Assembly (NCBI GenBank): GCA_965206325.1
Contig: OZ242208.1
Coordinates: 294,326-358,325 of the forward strand
DNA length: 64,000 bases
DNA from: Gammaproteobacteria bacterium
GTDB lineage: Bacteria > Pseudomonadota > Gammaproteobacteria > Tethybacterales > G965206325
Direction: 5' to 3'
How positions within the stretch are numbered: the stretch's first letter is position 1; each line of letters starts with the position of its first letter. The position numbers and the translations under genes are program-made. The notes under the pieces were generated by a model. It ran no database searches. It saw only the letters and a list, made by a program, of their open reading frames with translations, and was not told where the DNA came from. Shown piece by piece: positions 10,404-20,080 of the stretch.

Positions 10404-11213
10404 ATGTCGCGAATTGCCGACGCTTTCGCCAATGCCAAAATTGAATCTTCCGCCCATCGGCGGGCGCTGCTGATTCCGTTTGTCACCGCCGGATTCCCAA
10501 CGCTGGAATCCACCGCCCCCTTGCTGACAGCCCTCGCCGACGGCGGCGCCGACATCATTGAATTAGGCATTCCCTTTTCCGACCCCGCCGCCGATGGAAT
10601 CGCCATCCAGCGGGCTTCCGAAATCGCCCTCAAAAACGGCGCGACGCTTAAATTCGCCCTAAGCGAAATTCGCCGATTCCGCAAAAACGGCGGAACGACT
10701 CCCCTCGTGACGATGGGCTACGCCAACAGTTTTCTCGCATATGGAATTTCCCAATTCGCCCGCCAAGCCCAAGAAGCGGGCGTTGACGGCGCGATTGTGG
10801 TGGATCTTCCCGCTGAATCCTCCGCCGAATGGCGCGAGGCTTTTTCCGCCGCCGGACTTGACCTTATTCTGCTGGTTTCGCCGACGACAACGCCATCGCG
10901 CATGAAATTAATCGCGCAGGCGGCAAGCGGCTATTTGTATTATGTTTCATTGAAAGGCGTGACCGGCGCGAATAATTTGGATGCCGATTCCGTCCGCGCG
11001 CAAATTTCCGCCCTTGCTGAAATTTCGGATTTGCCGATTGCCGTCGGCTTTGGCGTGCGCGATTCCGCCCGGGCGAAAACGCTGGGAAAAATGGCGGATG
11101 CGGTCGTCGTCGGCAGCCGCCTGATTGAATTAATTGAAGAATCGCCGCCGTCGGAATGGGCGAATGCGGCGCGGCAATTTACCGCTAAATTGCGGTCGGC
11201 GATGCAATCATGA
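10404..11213 (+). CDS. trpA: tryptophan synthase alpha chain
   Basis: LIPFVTAGFP...ELGIPFSDPAADG motifs; 269 aa. Confidence 0.9.
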   Translation: MSRIADAFANAKIESSAHRRALLIPFVTAGFPTLESTAPLLTALADGGADIIELGIPFSDPAADGIAIQRASEIALKNGATLKFALSEIRRFRKNGGTTPLVTMGYANSFLAYGISQFARQAQEAGVDGAIVVDLPAESSAEWREAFSAAGLDLILLVSPTTTPSRMKLIAQAASGYLYYVSLKGVTGANNLDADSVRAQISALAEISDLPIAVGFGVRDSARAKTLGKMADAVVVGSRLIELIEESPPSEWANAARQFTAKLRSAMQS

Positions 11214-12082
11214 ATTGGCTCAGCGACATTCTGCCCGGAATTAAAAAACGCCCGCGCGCCAAAAAAACGGTGCCGGAAGGCGTATGGTCCAAATGCGAAA
11301 ACTGCGGACGACCAATTTACGGCGAGGATTTCGCCAAAAATCTGTGGGTCTGCGGCGACTGCGATTTTCATCATCGTATTTCCCCCGAATCGCGCGCGAA
11401 AATTTTGTTTGACGGCGGCGAATGGACGGAAATGGGCGGCGGCGTGCGTCCGCGCGATTTCCTTAAATTCACGGATTCCAAGCCCTACACCGAGCGGCTC
11501 AAAGCCGCCCAAAACGGCGATTCCAAGCGCGAAGCAGTTTCCATCTTCACCGGAAAAATTAAAGGACGCGAATGCGTAGCGGCGATTTTTGATTTCCGTT
11601 TTATGGGCGGCTCTATGGGCTCGGTCGTCGGCGAAAGATTCACGCGGGCGGTTGAAGCCGCCGCCGAGCGGCAGTCGCCTTTTATTTGCTTTTCCGCTTC
11701 CGGCGGGGCGAGAATGCAGGAGGGAGTCGCCTCGCTTTTGCAAATGGCGAAAACAACGGCGGCTTTGGCTTTGCTGGATAAAAATCATCTGCCGTTTATC
11801 AGCGTTTTAACCGACCCGACGACGGGCGGAGTCGCCGCCAGTTTCGCTCTTATCGGCGATATTGTCGTCGCCGAGCCGAAGGCATTAATTGGCTTCGCCG
11901 GGCCTCGCGTAATTGAGCAGACGGTCGGCAAAGAAAACGACAAAACCCCGCCGAATAATTTTCAGCGGAGCGAATTTCTGCTGGACCGCGGCGCGATTGA
12001 CCAAATCGTCGACCGCCGCGAAATGCGGACGACTCTCGCTAATTTTGCGGAAATGCTGATGTTTTCCAAATCGCGCGGCTGA
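11210..12082 (+). CDS. accD: acetyl-CoA carboxylase carboxyltransferase beta subunit
   Basis: N-terminal C4 zinc finger (CENCGRPIY...CGDC) plus carboxyltransferase motifs. Confidence 0.9.
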   Translation: MNWLSDILPGIKKRPRAKKTVPEGVWSKCENCGRPIYGEDFAKNLWVCGDCDFHHRISPESRAKILFDGGEWTEMGGGVRPRDFLKFTDSKPYTERLKAAQNGDSKREAVSIFTGKIKGRECVAAIFDFRFMGGSMGSVVGERFTRAVEAAAERQSPFICFSASGGARMQEGVASLLQMAKTTAALALLDKNHLPFISVLTDPTTGGVAASFALIGDIVVAEPKALIGFAGPRVIEQTVGKENDKTPPNNFQRSEFLLDRGAIDQIVDRREMRTTLANFAEMLMFSKSRG

Positions 12083-12090
12083 GCGGAAAA

Positions 12091-13380
12091 ATGCAAATCG
12101 GCGAAGGTCCCCAACTCGCCGCCGCACTCGCCCGCGCGGAAAAAAATCATCCGCAGGCGGTGGATTTGGGACTCGCCCGCGTGGATGCCGTCCGCCGCGA
12201 AATGGGCTTGTCGCTGAAAATGCCGATTGTCACAGTCGGCGGCACCAACGGCAAGGGCAGCGTTTGCGCGATGCTGGAAGCCATTTTATCTTCCGCCGGC
12301 TACAAGGTCGGCTGCTTTACATCGCCGCATCTTCTGCGATTCAACGAGCGAATTCGCGTCGGCGAAAAACCGCTGGACGACCAGCCCATCTGCGACGCCC
12401 TCGCTCATGCGGAATTCGCGCAAAAAAAAATCGGGGCGACTCTGACTTTTTTTGAATTCGCCGCCCTCGCCGCCGCCGAATGCTTTGTCCGAGAAAAAGC
12501 CGATGCCGCCATTTTGGAAGTCGGACTCGGCGGACGGCTGGACGCCGTCAATATTTTTTCGCCGACAATTTCCATCGTAACGACAATTGATTTAGACCAC
12601 GCCGCCTATCTGGGAAACGACCGCGAATCCGTCGGCAGCGAAAAAGCGGGGATTTTTCGCCCGAATCGTCCGGCGATTATCGCCGAAAAAAATCCGCCGA
12701 ATTCTCTTCTTGATTATGCAAAAAAAATCGGGGCGAAAATAATTCGCTTCGGCGAAGATTTTGATTGGGAAAAACAGGGCGCGCATTGGAATTTTCGCGG
12801 ACAAAAAGGCGTCCGCAGCGGCTTGCCGTTTCCATCTTTGCGGGGAATGCATCAATTGCAGAATGCCGCCGCCGCTATCGCCGCCGCAGAATCGCTTGCC
12901 GACGAATCATCGCTGTGGGTGTCGGCGGGCGACATTCGCAGCGGACTCCTGCGGACGGAATTGGCCGGACGATTTCAATCTCTGCCCGGGCAGCCGGCGA
13001 TTGTTTTGGATGTCGCCCATAATCCGCAGGCGGCGTCGGCTTTTGCGGAATCGCTTTTTCAGATGGGATTTTTTCCGCAAACCGTCGGCGTCTGCGGCTT
13101 GATGGCGGACAAGGACTGCGATGGAATTATCCGTCCCCTGCTGCCGAGAATTGATAAATGGCTGGCGATTCCGTTGGATATTCCGCGCGCATTGCCGGCG
13201 CGGAAACTCGCCGAAATTATTCGCGCGCAGGGCGGCGACGCCGAGGCATGCGAATCGACGGCGGAGGCGTTTTCGCGGGCGCACGCAATGTGCGATAAGC
13301 GTGATAGAATCGCCGCATTCGGCTCCTTCCACACCATCGCGGCATTTTGGACGGAAAGCGATGAGCAATTCCGCAGATAG
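12091..13380 (+). CDS. folC: dihydrofolate synthase / folylpolyglutamate synthase
   Basis: Mur-ligase P-loop VGGTNGKGS; 429 aa; accD-folC-dedD-cvpA-purF synteny. Confidence 0.9.
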   Translation: MQIGEGPQLAAALARAEKNHPQAVDLGLARVDAVRREMGLSLKMPIVTVGGTNGKGSVCAMLEAILSSAGYKVGCFTSPHLLRFNERIRVGEKPLDDQPICDALAHAEFAQKKIGATLTFFEFAALAAAECFVREKADAAILEVGLGGRLDAVNIFSPTISIVTTIDLDHAAYLGNDRESVGSEKAGIFRPNRPAIIAEKNPPNSLLDYAKKIGAKIIRFGEDFDWEKQGAHWNFRGQKGVRSGLPFPSLRGMHQLQNAAAAIAAAESLADESSLWVSAGDIRSGLLRTELAGRFQSLPGQPAIVLDVAHNPQAASAFAESLFQMGFFPQTVGVCGLMADKDCDGIIRPLLPRIDKWLAIPLDIPRALPARKLAEIIRAQGGDAEACESTAEAFSRAHAMCDKRDRIAAFGSFHTIAAFWTESDEQFRR

Positions 13381-13984
13381 CAAAAAAGACACTGCCGGCA
13401 ATTCCGGACGGCGAGGGGCAATTCGCCGCCAATTTATCGGCGCGCTGGCGTTTTTTATTTTGACGCTAATCGCCGTCGGCGCGCTGTTTGACTCCGCCCC
13501 GCCGCCCTCGCTGGCGGATGTGCAGATTGAAATTCCGCCCCGCCCCGCTGAATCCGCCGATGAATTTTCCGCCCCAATTAAAGCGGAGCCGGAGCCGCCA
13601 ATCGCTGTGGAATCCGATTCTGAATCGGAAGCCGAATCCGTCGTCGTTGCCGAAGCAGTTGCGCCCGCCGCCGCTGCGGAAGAATCCGCAGAGAAATTGG
13701 ATTCGGAATCATCCGCCGAATTCATCCCGCTGAAAGAATCCGCACCGGACGATTTTGTCGTGCAGGCGATTGCCGTCAGCGAGAAAGAAAAAGCCGAAAA
13801 AATCGCCGCCGATTTGCGCGCGCAAGGATTGCCGTCGTTTGTGGAGCCGCGGACTCACGACGGCGGCAAAATTATTTATCGGGTGCGAATCGGCGGCTAC
13901 GCGAATCGCGCCGACGCTGAATTGGTCAGGCAAAAAGCCGTCGCCGCCGGAATGAAAAGCGCCATCGTTTTGGATTTGCGATGA
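13361..13984 (+). CDS. dedD: SPOR-domain cell division protein (DedD-like)
   Basis: N-terminal TM helix, Pro/Glu/Ala-rich linker, C-terminal SPOR domain (VVQAIAVSEKEKAEKIAADLRAQG...YRVRIGGY). The longer ORF opening at 13121 overlaps folC in another frame and is rejected. Confidence 0.7.
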   Translation: MSNSADSKKDTAGNSGRRGAIRRQFIGALAFFILTLIAVGALFDSAPPPSLADVQIEIPPRPAESADEFSAPIKAEPEPPIAVESDSESEAESVVVAEAVAPAAAAEESAEKLDSESSAEFIPLKESAPDDFVVQAIAVSEKEKAEKIAADLRAQGLPSFVEPRTHDGGKIIYRVRIGGYANRADAELVRQKAVAAGMKSAIVLDLR

Positions 13985-14871
13985 CGGCGAATTATCTTGA
14001 CATCGCGCTTTTGGGAGCGATGGGCGTTTCCATTTTGCTGGGGGCGTTTTTGGGATTAGTGCGATCCGCCTTGAATCTGGCGGCGATTGCCGGGGCTTTC
14101 ATCATCAGTTACCGATACAGCCAGACGATTGAGTCCGGCCTGCTGGCGATTTTTCGCAACGGCCCGCTGGCGGCGGCGCTTTCCTACGCCCTGATGTTTG
14201 CGCTTGCGCTGATGATTTTCGGACTCCTCGCCGCTTTAATGCGTCGGCTGGTGCGGCGCGCCGGATTCGGCGGATGGGACGCCGCTGGCGGTGCAATTTT
14301 CGGGGCGGCGCGCGGATTTGTCATTGCGCTGGCGATTTTAATTCCGCTGACTTTTACCGCTTTTTCCGAATCGGCGACTTGGCGGGAATCGTCGGCATTG
14401 CCGATTTTCGGGGCGGCGATGAAAATCGCCATCGCGCAGACGCCGCCGAATTCGCCGCTGCGGGCGTGGATAACCTTTGACCGCGACTCCCGCCCTCAGG
14501 CGCCCGCCGCCGAAAAAAGCCGCGCCGCCGAAAAATCCAACGGCATTAAAAGCGAAAAGGAAATTCAAAATGACTTGAAGCAAATCTATGACCGAATCAA
14601 CGGCAAGCAATCGTCCGCGCAAACGCAAAGACAAATTCCGTCCGCAAAAATTCGGCAATTCAGCGGAACGACGATTAGCACCCATTCGCAGGCGGCGCAA
14701 TCCGGCAGCGGATTTAATTCGTCGTCGGAAAAAATACAGCGGCGATTAATTCAATTGGGAATTATGGACAAAGAAACCAAAAAACGCCTTGACCGTCACA
14801 GCAGAGAATTAACGGATTTGAACCGTCAATTAAAAGACCCATCCGGGACGCGAAAGCAGGAGAAAAAATAA
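13981..14871 (+). CDS. cvpA: colicin V production protein CvpA family membrane protein with extended C-terminal tail
   Basis: Four TM helices with the CvpA pattern, positioned between dedD and purF. Confidence 0.8.
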   Translation: MTANYLDIALLGAMGVSILLGAFLGLVRSALNLAAIAGAFIISYRYSQTIESGLLAIFRNGPLAAALSYALMFALALMIFGLLAALMRRLVRRAGFGGWDAAGGAIFGAARGFVIALAILIPLTFTAFSESATWRESSALPIFGAAMKIAIAQTPPNSPLRAWITFDRDSRPQAPAAEKSRAAEKSNGIKSEKEIQNDLKQIYDRINGKQSSAQTQRQIPSAKIRQFSGTTISTHSQAAQSGSGFNSSSEKIQRRLIQLGIMDKETKKRLDRHSRELTDLNRQLKDPSGTRKQEKK

Positions 14872-14873
14872 CC

Positions 14874-16388
14874 ATGTGCGGAATCATCGCTTATTCCGGA
14901 GCGGAATCGTCCGCCCCGCTGATATTTGAAGGACTCTCTCTGCTGCAGCATCGCGGGCAGGACGCCGCCGGAATTGTGACGATGGAAGGCACGCATCTTT
15001 TTATGCACAAGGGCTACGGACTCGCGCGCGATGTTTTCGGGCATCGTCATTTGGATACGCTTCGCGGGTCGGTCGGCTTGGGTCATGTGCGCTATCCGAC
15101 GGCGGGGTCGGCGCGCGCGCTTTCGGAAATTCAGCCGTTTTATGTTAATTCGCCTTTCGGAATGGTGCTGGTGCATAACGGCAATTTAACCAACGCCGCC
15201 GAATTGCGCGATGAATTAAGCCGCGCCGGAATGCGCCACATTAATACGGAATCGGATTCGGAAGTGCTGCTGAATCTTCTCGCGCACGAATTAACCGCCG
15301 CCGCCCGCAGCGGCGAAGTGTCGGCGGAAGTCATTTTTGCGGCAATTCGGCGGGTGCATGCCCGCTGCCGAGGGGCGTATTCGGTGGCGGCGATGATAGC
15401 CGGATTCGGTCTGGCGGCATTTCGCGACCCGCACGGAATTCGTCCGCTGGTTTTCGGCGAAAGAATCAGCGGCGGCCGGCGCGAAGTCATTGTGGCTTCG
15501 GAAAGCGTCGCCCTGCGGGCATTGGGATTTTCGGAAGCGCGCGATTTGTCGCCCGGCGAAGCATTGGCGGTCGGACCGGACGGCATCGCCCAAACCCGAC
15601 TGTGCGCGGAAGAATCCAATCTGCGCCCGTGCATTTTTGAATACATTTATCTGGCGCGCCCCGATTCGGTTTTGGACGGCGCATTAGTTTATGAAACGCG
15701 CATCAATATGGGGCGCGCACTCGCCGATAAAATTCGCCGCGATTATGCGGATGTGAAAATTGATTCGGTGATTCCAGTGCCCGATTCGGCGAGGCCTGCG
15801 GCGATGCAATTGGCGCACGAACTTAATCTTCCCTACCGCGAAGGGCTTGTTAAGAACCGCTATATCGGCCGAACTTTTATTATGCCCGGCGCAAATCTGC
15901 GGCGGCGGGCGGTGCGGCGAAAACTTAATATCGTCGACGCGGAATTTCGCAATAAGCGAATTCTGCTGGTGGACGATTCAGTCGTGCGCGGCACAACCAG
16001 CCGCGAAATTGTCCAGATGGCGCGCGACGCCGGCGCCCGCAAAATTTACTTTGCATCGGCGGCGCCCCCGGTGCGCCATCCGAATGTCTATGGAATTGAT
16101 ATGCCCACTTCGGACGAATTAATCGCCGCCGGACGGGATGATTCGCAGGTCGCCTTGCGCATCGGCGCGGACTTGATGATTTATCAGAATCTTGACGCAT
16201 TGATTAAATCGGTGCGCGCCGTCAATCCGCAATTGAACGGCTTTGAAACTTCATGCTTTGACGGCGAATATCTCGGCGACGAGGTGACGGCGGAATATCT
16301 TGCCAAACTCGCCGAAAAACGCCGCGCCGATCGCGACGACGAAATGAGCAACTTCCAGCGCGATTTAAGTTTTCACGCCGCGCCATGA
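14874..16388 (+). CDS. purF: amidophosphoribosyltransferase
   Basis: MCGIIAY N-terminal nucleophile Cys, PRTase motif, 504 aa. Confidence 0.95.
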   Translation: MCGIIAYSGAESSAPLIFEGLSLLQHRGQDAAGIVTMEGTHLFMHKGYGLARDVFGHRHLDTLRGSVGLGHVRYPTAGSARALSEIQPFYVNSPFGMVLVHNGNLTNAAELRDELSRAGMRHINTESDSEVLLNLLAHELTAAARSGEVSAEVIFAAIRRVHARCRGAYSVAAMIAGFGLAAFRDPHGIRPLVFGERISGGRREVIVASESVALRALGFSEARDLSPGEALAVGPDGIAQTRLCAEESNLRPCIFEYIYLARPDSVLDGALVYETRINMGRALADKIRRDYADVKIDSVIPVPDSARPAAMQLAHELNLPYREGLVKNRYIGRTFIMPGANLRRRAVRRKLNIVDAEFRNKRILLVDDSVVRGTTSREIVQMARDAGARKIYFASAAPPVRHPNVYGIDMPTSDELIAAGRDDSQVALRIGADLMIYQNLDALIKSVRAVNPQLNGFETSCFDGEYLGDEVTAEYLAKLAEKRRADRDDEMSNFQRDLSFHAAP

Positions 16389-17596
16389 AAAAATCATCCG
16401 CCCCCCCCCCCCCCCCTGCGGAATGCTTTCGCGATTCGGCGACGGCGGCGATTCGGCTTTCAGCCGGCGCCAGCGAATTCGGCGAACATTCGGAGGCGCT
16501 GTTTCTCACTTCCAGTTTCAAATTCCGCACGGCGAAGGAAGCCGCCGACAAATTCGCGCAGACGGGGGGCGGCTATATTTATTCGCGCTTTTCCAATCCG
16601 ACGGTGCAAACTTTTCAGGCGCGGCTTGCCGCTTTGGAGGGGGCGGAATTCTGCTTGGCGACCGCCAGCGGAATGTCGGCGATTTTGTCGGTGATAATGG
16701 GCGTATGCAGAAAGGGGGATAGAATTGTCGCGTCGCAGAATTTATTCGGCGCGACGGTGCAATTGCTTAATAACTTCATCGCTAAATTCGGCGTTGATGT
16801 TTGCTATGTGCCGACGGCGAATCCGCGCGCATGGAAAAAAGCCGCTCAGGGGGGGGCAAAATTACTCCTTGTGGAAACGCCGTCAAATCCGCTGATAGAA
16901 GTGTTTGACATCGCCGCCTTGTCTAAAATCGCGCATGATGCCGGGGCGATTCTGGCGGTGGATAATTGCTTTTGTCCATCGCTGCAAAAGCCGCTTTCCT
17001 TGGGGGCGGACTTGGTGATTCATTCCGGCACCAAATACTTGGACGGACAAGGCCGCGCTTTGGGGGGGGGGGTCGCAGGAAAAAAGGATTTTTTAATGGA
17101 AGCGATATATCCTTTTTTGCGGTCGGGCGGACCGTCGCTGTCGCCTTTTAATGCTTGGGTTTTGGCGAAGGGATTGGAGACGCTTTCTCTTCGCATTCAT
17201 GCGCACAGCGCGCGCGCATTGAAAATCGCCCGCTGGCTGGAAAAGCAAAGGAAAGTGCGGCGCGTGCTGTATACCGGATTGAATTCGCATCCCGCCCATA
17301 GCTTGGCGATGCGCCAGCAGGGGGGGGAGGGGGGGGGTATTATTTCCTTTTTTGCGGAGGGAGGAAAAGAAGCGGCATGGCGATTTATTGATGCGACCCG
17401 CTTGCTTTCCATCACGCCTAATTTCGGCGACGCAAAATCCACGATTACGCATCCGGCCAGCACGACTCATTCGCGGGTGCCGGAAGAGATGCGAAGAAAA
17501 ATCGGACTCGGCGACGACCTTCTGCGAATTTCCGTCGGCTTGGAAAGCGAGCGCGACATTCGCGACGACTTAAAGCGCGGCTTGTCGGCGATTTAA
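16385..17596 (+). CDS. metZ: O-succinylhomoserine sulfhydrylase / cystathionine gamma-synthase family PLP enzyme
   Basis: Cys/Met-metabolism PLP fold with SGTKYLDGQG lysine motif. purF-metZ linkage is typical of beta-proteobacteria. Contains several in-frame poly-C/G tracts. Confidence 0.8.
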   Translation: MKKSSAPPPPPAECFRDSATAAIRLSAGASEFGEHSEALFLTSSFKFRTAKEAADKFAQTGGGYIYSRFSNPTVQTFQARLAALEGAEFCLATASGMSAILSVIMGVCRKGDRIVASQNLFGATVQLLNNFIAKFGVDVCYVPTANPRAWKKAAQGGAKLLLVETPSNPLIEVFDIAALSKIAHDAGAILAVDNCFCPSLQKPLSLGADLVIHSGTKYLDGQGRALGGGVAGKKDFLMEAIYPFLRSGGPSLSPFNAWVLAKGLETLSLRIHAHSARALKIARWLEKQRKVRRVLYTGLNSHPAHSLAMRQQGGEGGGIISFFAEGGKEAAWRFIDATRLLSITPNFGDAKSTITHPASTTHSRVPEEMRRKIGLGDDLLRISVGLESERDIRDDLKRGLSAI

Positions 17597-17607
17597 TTAA
17601 AAAGCCA

Positions 17608-18984
17608 ATGACGATGCCCGAAGATTCATCCGCCGCGCAAGCGTCCTCGCAGGATTTAACCGTCGGCGATGTCTCATGGCATCTGCGCCGAATGGCATTG
17701 CCGGCGGCGATCGGACTTTTCTTCAACACGCTGTTTAATATCACCGACACATTCTTCGCCGGATTGATTTCCACCGATGCGCAGGCGGCGCTGGCATTTT
17801 CTTTTCCGCTGTTTTTTATTGTCCTTTCTTGTTCGGTCGGACTCGCGCAGGCGACTACGGCTTTGATCGCTTCCGCCTTGGGCGCCAAGCGGCGAATTCG
17901 CGCGCGATATTTCGCCGGACAAGCGGTAATTCTTTCTATGATAATGTCAATTGTAATCGCTGTTATTTGTCTTCCGGCAGTTGACCCGATGCTTAATTTA
18001 TTGGGCGCACGCGGCGACGCCTTTACTTTCGCCGCCGATTATTCGCGCGTGATATTTATGGGCGGCGCGACTTTCCTCGCCGCATTTACTCTGCACGGAA
18101 TGCTGAATGCAACCGGCAACACCAAGGCATTCCGCAATAGTTTAATCGGCGCGACAATTCTTAATATATTCTTGGATCCGGCTTTTATTTACGGATGGTT
18201 CGGCCTGCCCGCACTCGGCGTAACCGGAATCGCCTTGGCGACTGTGGCGGCGCAATGCTTTTCGGTCGCTTATCTTTTATTTGCGCTGCGCGGGACGGAA
18301 ATCATCCGCCGCTTTCGGATATTGTTTTTAATTCCGCAGCCGAAGATTCTATTCCGCATTATTTCGCAGGCAACGCCGCCGACGGCCAATATGCTTTCCA
18401 TCGGCGCGGGATTTTTCATCATCACTTTTTTTCTGGCCGATTTGGATTCCTTCGCCGTTCCCGCTTATGGAATTGCATTGAGAATTGAGCAATTGTTTTT
18501 GCTTCTAACAATCGGATTAAACATCGCCCTGCTGGCGACGGCGAGTCAAAATTTCGGCGCGCGCCGTTTTGACCGCGTGCAGACGGCTTATCGCTCGGCT
18601 TTGCGCTACGGATTTATCATAGCCGCAATCGGCGGAGCCGCAATGGTCGGCGCGGGCGACTGGCTGATTTCACTTTTTAACCGCGACGCCGATGTCATTC
18701 GCCTTGGCTACGGCTATTTAATTGCGGCGGCGATTTTAGGCCCTTTTTATATTGTCATGCACATGTGCGGCTCTATGCTGCAGGCGATAAAAAGACCGGC
18801 GATAATAGCCGCCGTCGGCGCATTAAGATTAGTGGTTGCGCCGCTTCTTTTATTCTGGTTTTTTTCGCGCGCGCTGGCCTTGGGCGTCCCGGGAATTTGG
18901 GTCGGACTTATTCTTGCCAACGCCGCCGCTACAATGATGATATGGCTTCGCATGAAAACATTAGTGCGCCGCGCCGCCAATTGA
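17608..18984 (+). CDS. MATE family efflux transporter
   Basis: 458 aa, 12 predicted TM helices, MATE N-terminal motif (LALPAAIGLFFNTLFNITDTFFAG). Confidence 0.8.
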   Translation: MTMPEDSSAAQASSQDLTVGDVSWHLRRMALPAAIGLFFNTLFNITDTFFAGLISTDAQAALAFSFPLFFIVLSCSVGLAQATTALIASALGAKRRIRARYFAGQAVILSMIMSIVIAVICLPAVDPMLNLLGARGDAFTFAADYSRVIFMGGATFLAAFTLHGMLNATGNTKAFRNSLIGATILNIFLDPAFIYGWFGLPALGVTGIALATVAAQCFSVAYLLFALRGTEIIRRFRILFLIPQPKILFRIISQATPPTANMLSIGAGFFIITFFLADLDSFAVPAYGIALRIEQLFLLLTIGLNIALLATASQNFGARRFDRVQTAYRSALRYGFIIAAIGGAAMVGAGDWLISLFNRDADVIRLGYGYLIAAAILGPFYIVMHMCGSMLQAIKRPAIIAAVGALRLVVAPLLLFWFFSRALALGVPGIWVGLILANAAATMMIWLRMKTLVRRAAN

Positions 18985-18997
18985 AGATTGAATTAAA

Positions 18998-20008
18998 ATG
19001 ATGCAAAGAAGGCAATTCATTAAAGCCCTTGCGATTGCAATGGGGGGGGGCATTCCTTCCATGGCGGTTCGCGCCGACGAATCCGCCTTCGCCGGACGCG
19101 CCGATGTCGCTGAATTCATCCGCCGCATGCATGCGATGCACGGATTCGATTCGCAATTCCTTATGCGAATCTTCTCAATGATTTCGGTGAACGCGCAGGC
19201 GCTGAAATTAATTAATCCGCCGAGCGAGCCTTCCCGCAAAACTTACTGGCGCGATTATCGCCGCCGCAATGTATCGCCCAAAAACATTCGGCAGGGCGCG
19301 CGATTTATGATTCGCCTGCGCGAATCGCTGATAAAAGCCGAAGCGCAATTCGGCGTCGCCGGCGAAATTATCGCCGCCATTATCGGCGTGGAAACCCGCT
19401 ACGGAACTTATCTCGGCAACTTCCAAACCGCCGAAGCATTGGCGACCTTGGGATTTGAATATCCCCGCCGCGCGAAATTCTTTCGCAAAGAATTGGAGGC
19501 GTTTTTTCTCTATGCCCGCGAAAACAATATAGACCCCCTGTCGGTGCGCGGCTCTTATGCCGGGGCTTTCGGCATTCCGCAATTCCTGCCGAGCAGTTAC
19601 CGGCAGTTTGCAGTGGATTTTAGCGGCGACGGAGTCGCCGATTTATTTTCCGCCAAAGATGCGGTCGGCAGCGTCGCTAATTTTCTTGCCGCCCACGGCT
19701 GGCAAAGAGGAATCCCCGCCGCCTATCCGGTTCAATTAACTGGCGACCCTTCTCCTTTGCTTGATGCCGGAATTATCCCGTCGCTGTCGCAGAAGCAATT
19801 CGCCGACGCCGGAGCGGTAATAGGGGGGAATCCTCTTCCTGATATTAAGTTTGCGTTGGTGGATTTGGAGGGGCGTCGCATTAACGAATATCGCGCGGGG
19901 ACGATAAATTATTACGCCTTGACTCGTTATAATCGCAGCAACAAATACGCGATGGCTGTTTTTGACCTCGCCGCCGAAATCAAAAAGCAACTGCCGCCGG
20001 AGAATTAG
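18998..20008 (+). CDS. mltB: lytic murein transglycosylase B
   Basis: Tat-type signal (RRQFIKALA), GVETRYG and AGAFGIPQFLPSSY motifs. Confidence 0.85.
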   Translation: MMQRRQFIKALAIAMGGGIPSMAVRADESAFAGRADVAEFIRRMHAMHGFDSQFLMRIFSMISVNAQALKLINPPSEPSRKTYWRDYRRRNVSPKNIRQGARFMIRLRESLIKAEAQFGVAGEIIAAIIGVETRYGTYLGNFQTAEALATLGFEYPRRAKFFRKELEAFFLYARENNIDPLSVRGSYAGAFGIPQFLPSSYRQFAVDFSGDGVADLFSAKDAVGSVANFLAAHGWQRGIPAAYPVQLTGDPSPLLDAGIIPSLSQKQFADAGAVIGGNPLPDIKFALVDLEGRRINEYRAGTINYYALTRYNRSNKYAMAVFDLAAEIKKQLPPEN

Positions 20009-20080
20009 AACAAAATGCGGCTTGTGCCGCGTGTCCAACTCACCGTGCATTTTTTTGAGTATTCGCACATTGTGGATTAC

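Noticed and set aside
13121-13360. N-terminal extension of the dedD ORF
   Set aside because: Overlaps folC in another frame. The SPOR protein starts at the ATG at 13361.
12907-13725. 272-aa Ser/Ala-rich minus-strand ORF
   Set aside because: Antisense to folC/dedD; low-complexity composition.
20009-20080. Possible terminator hairpin gcggc-ttgt-gccgc after mltB
   Set aside because: No adjacent T-tract. Weak.
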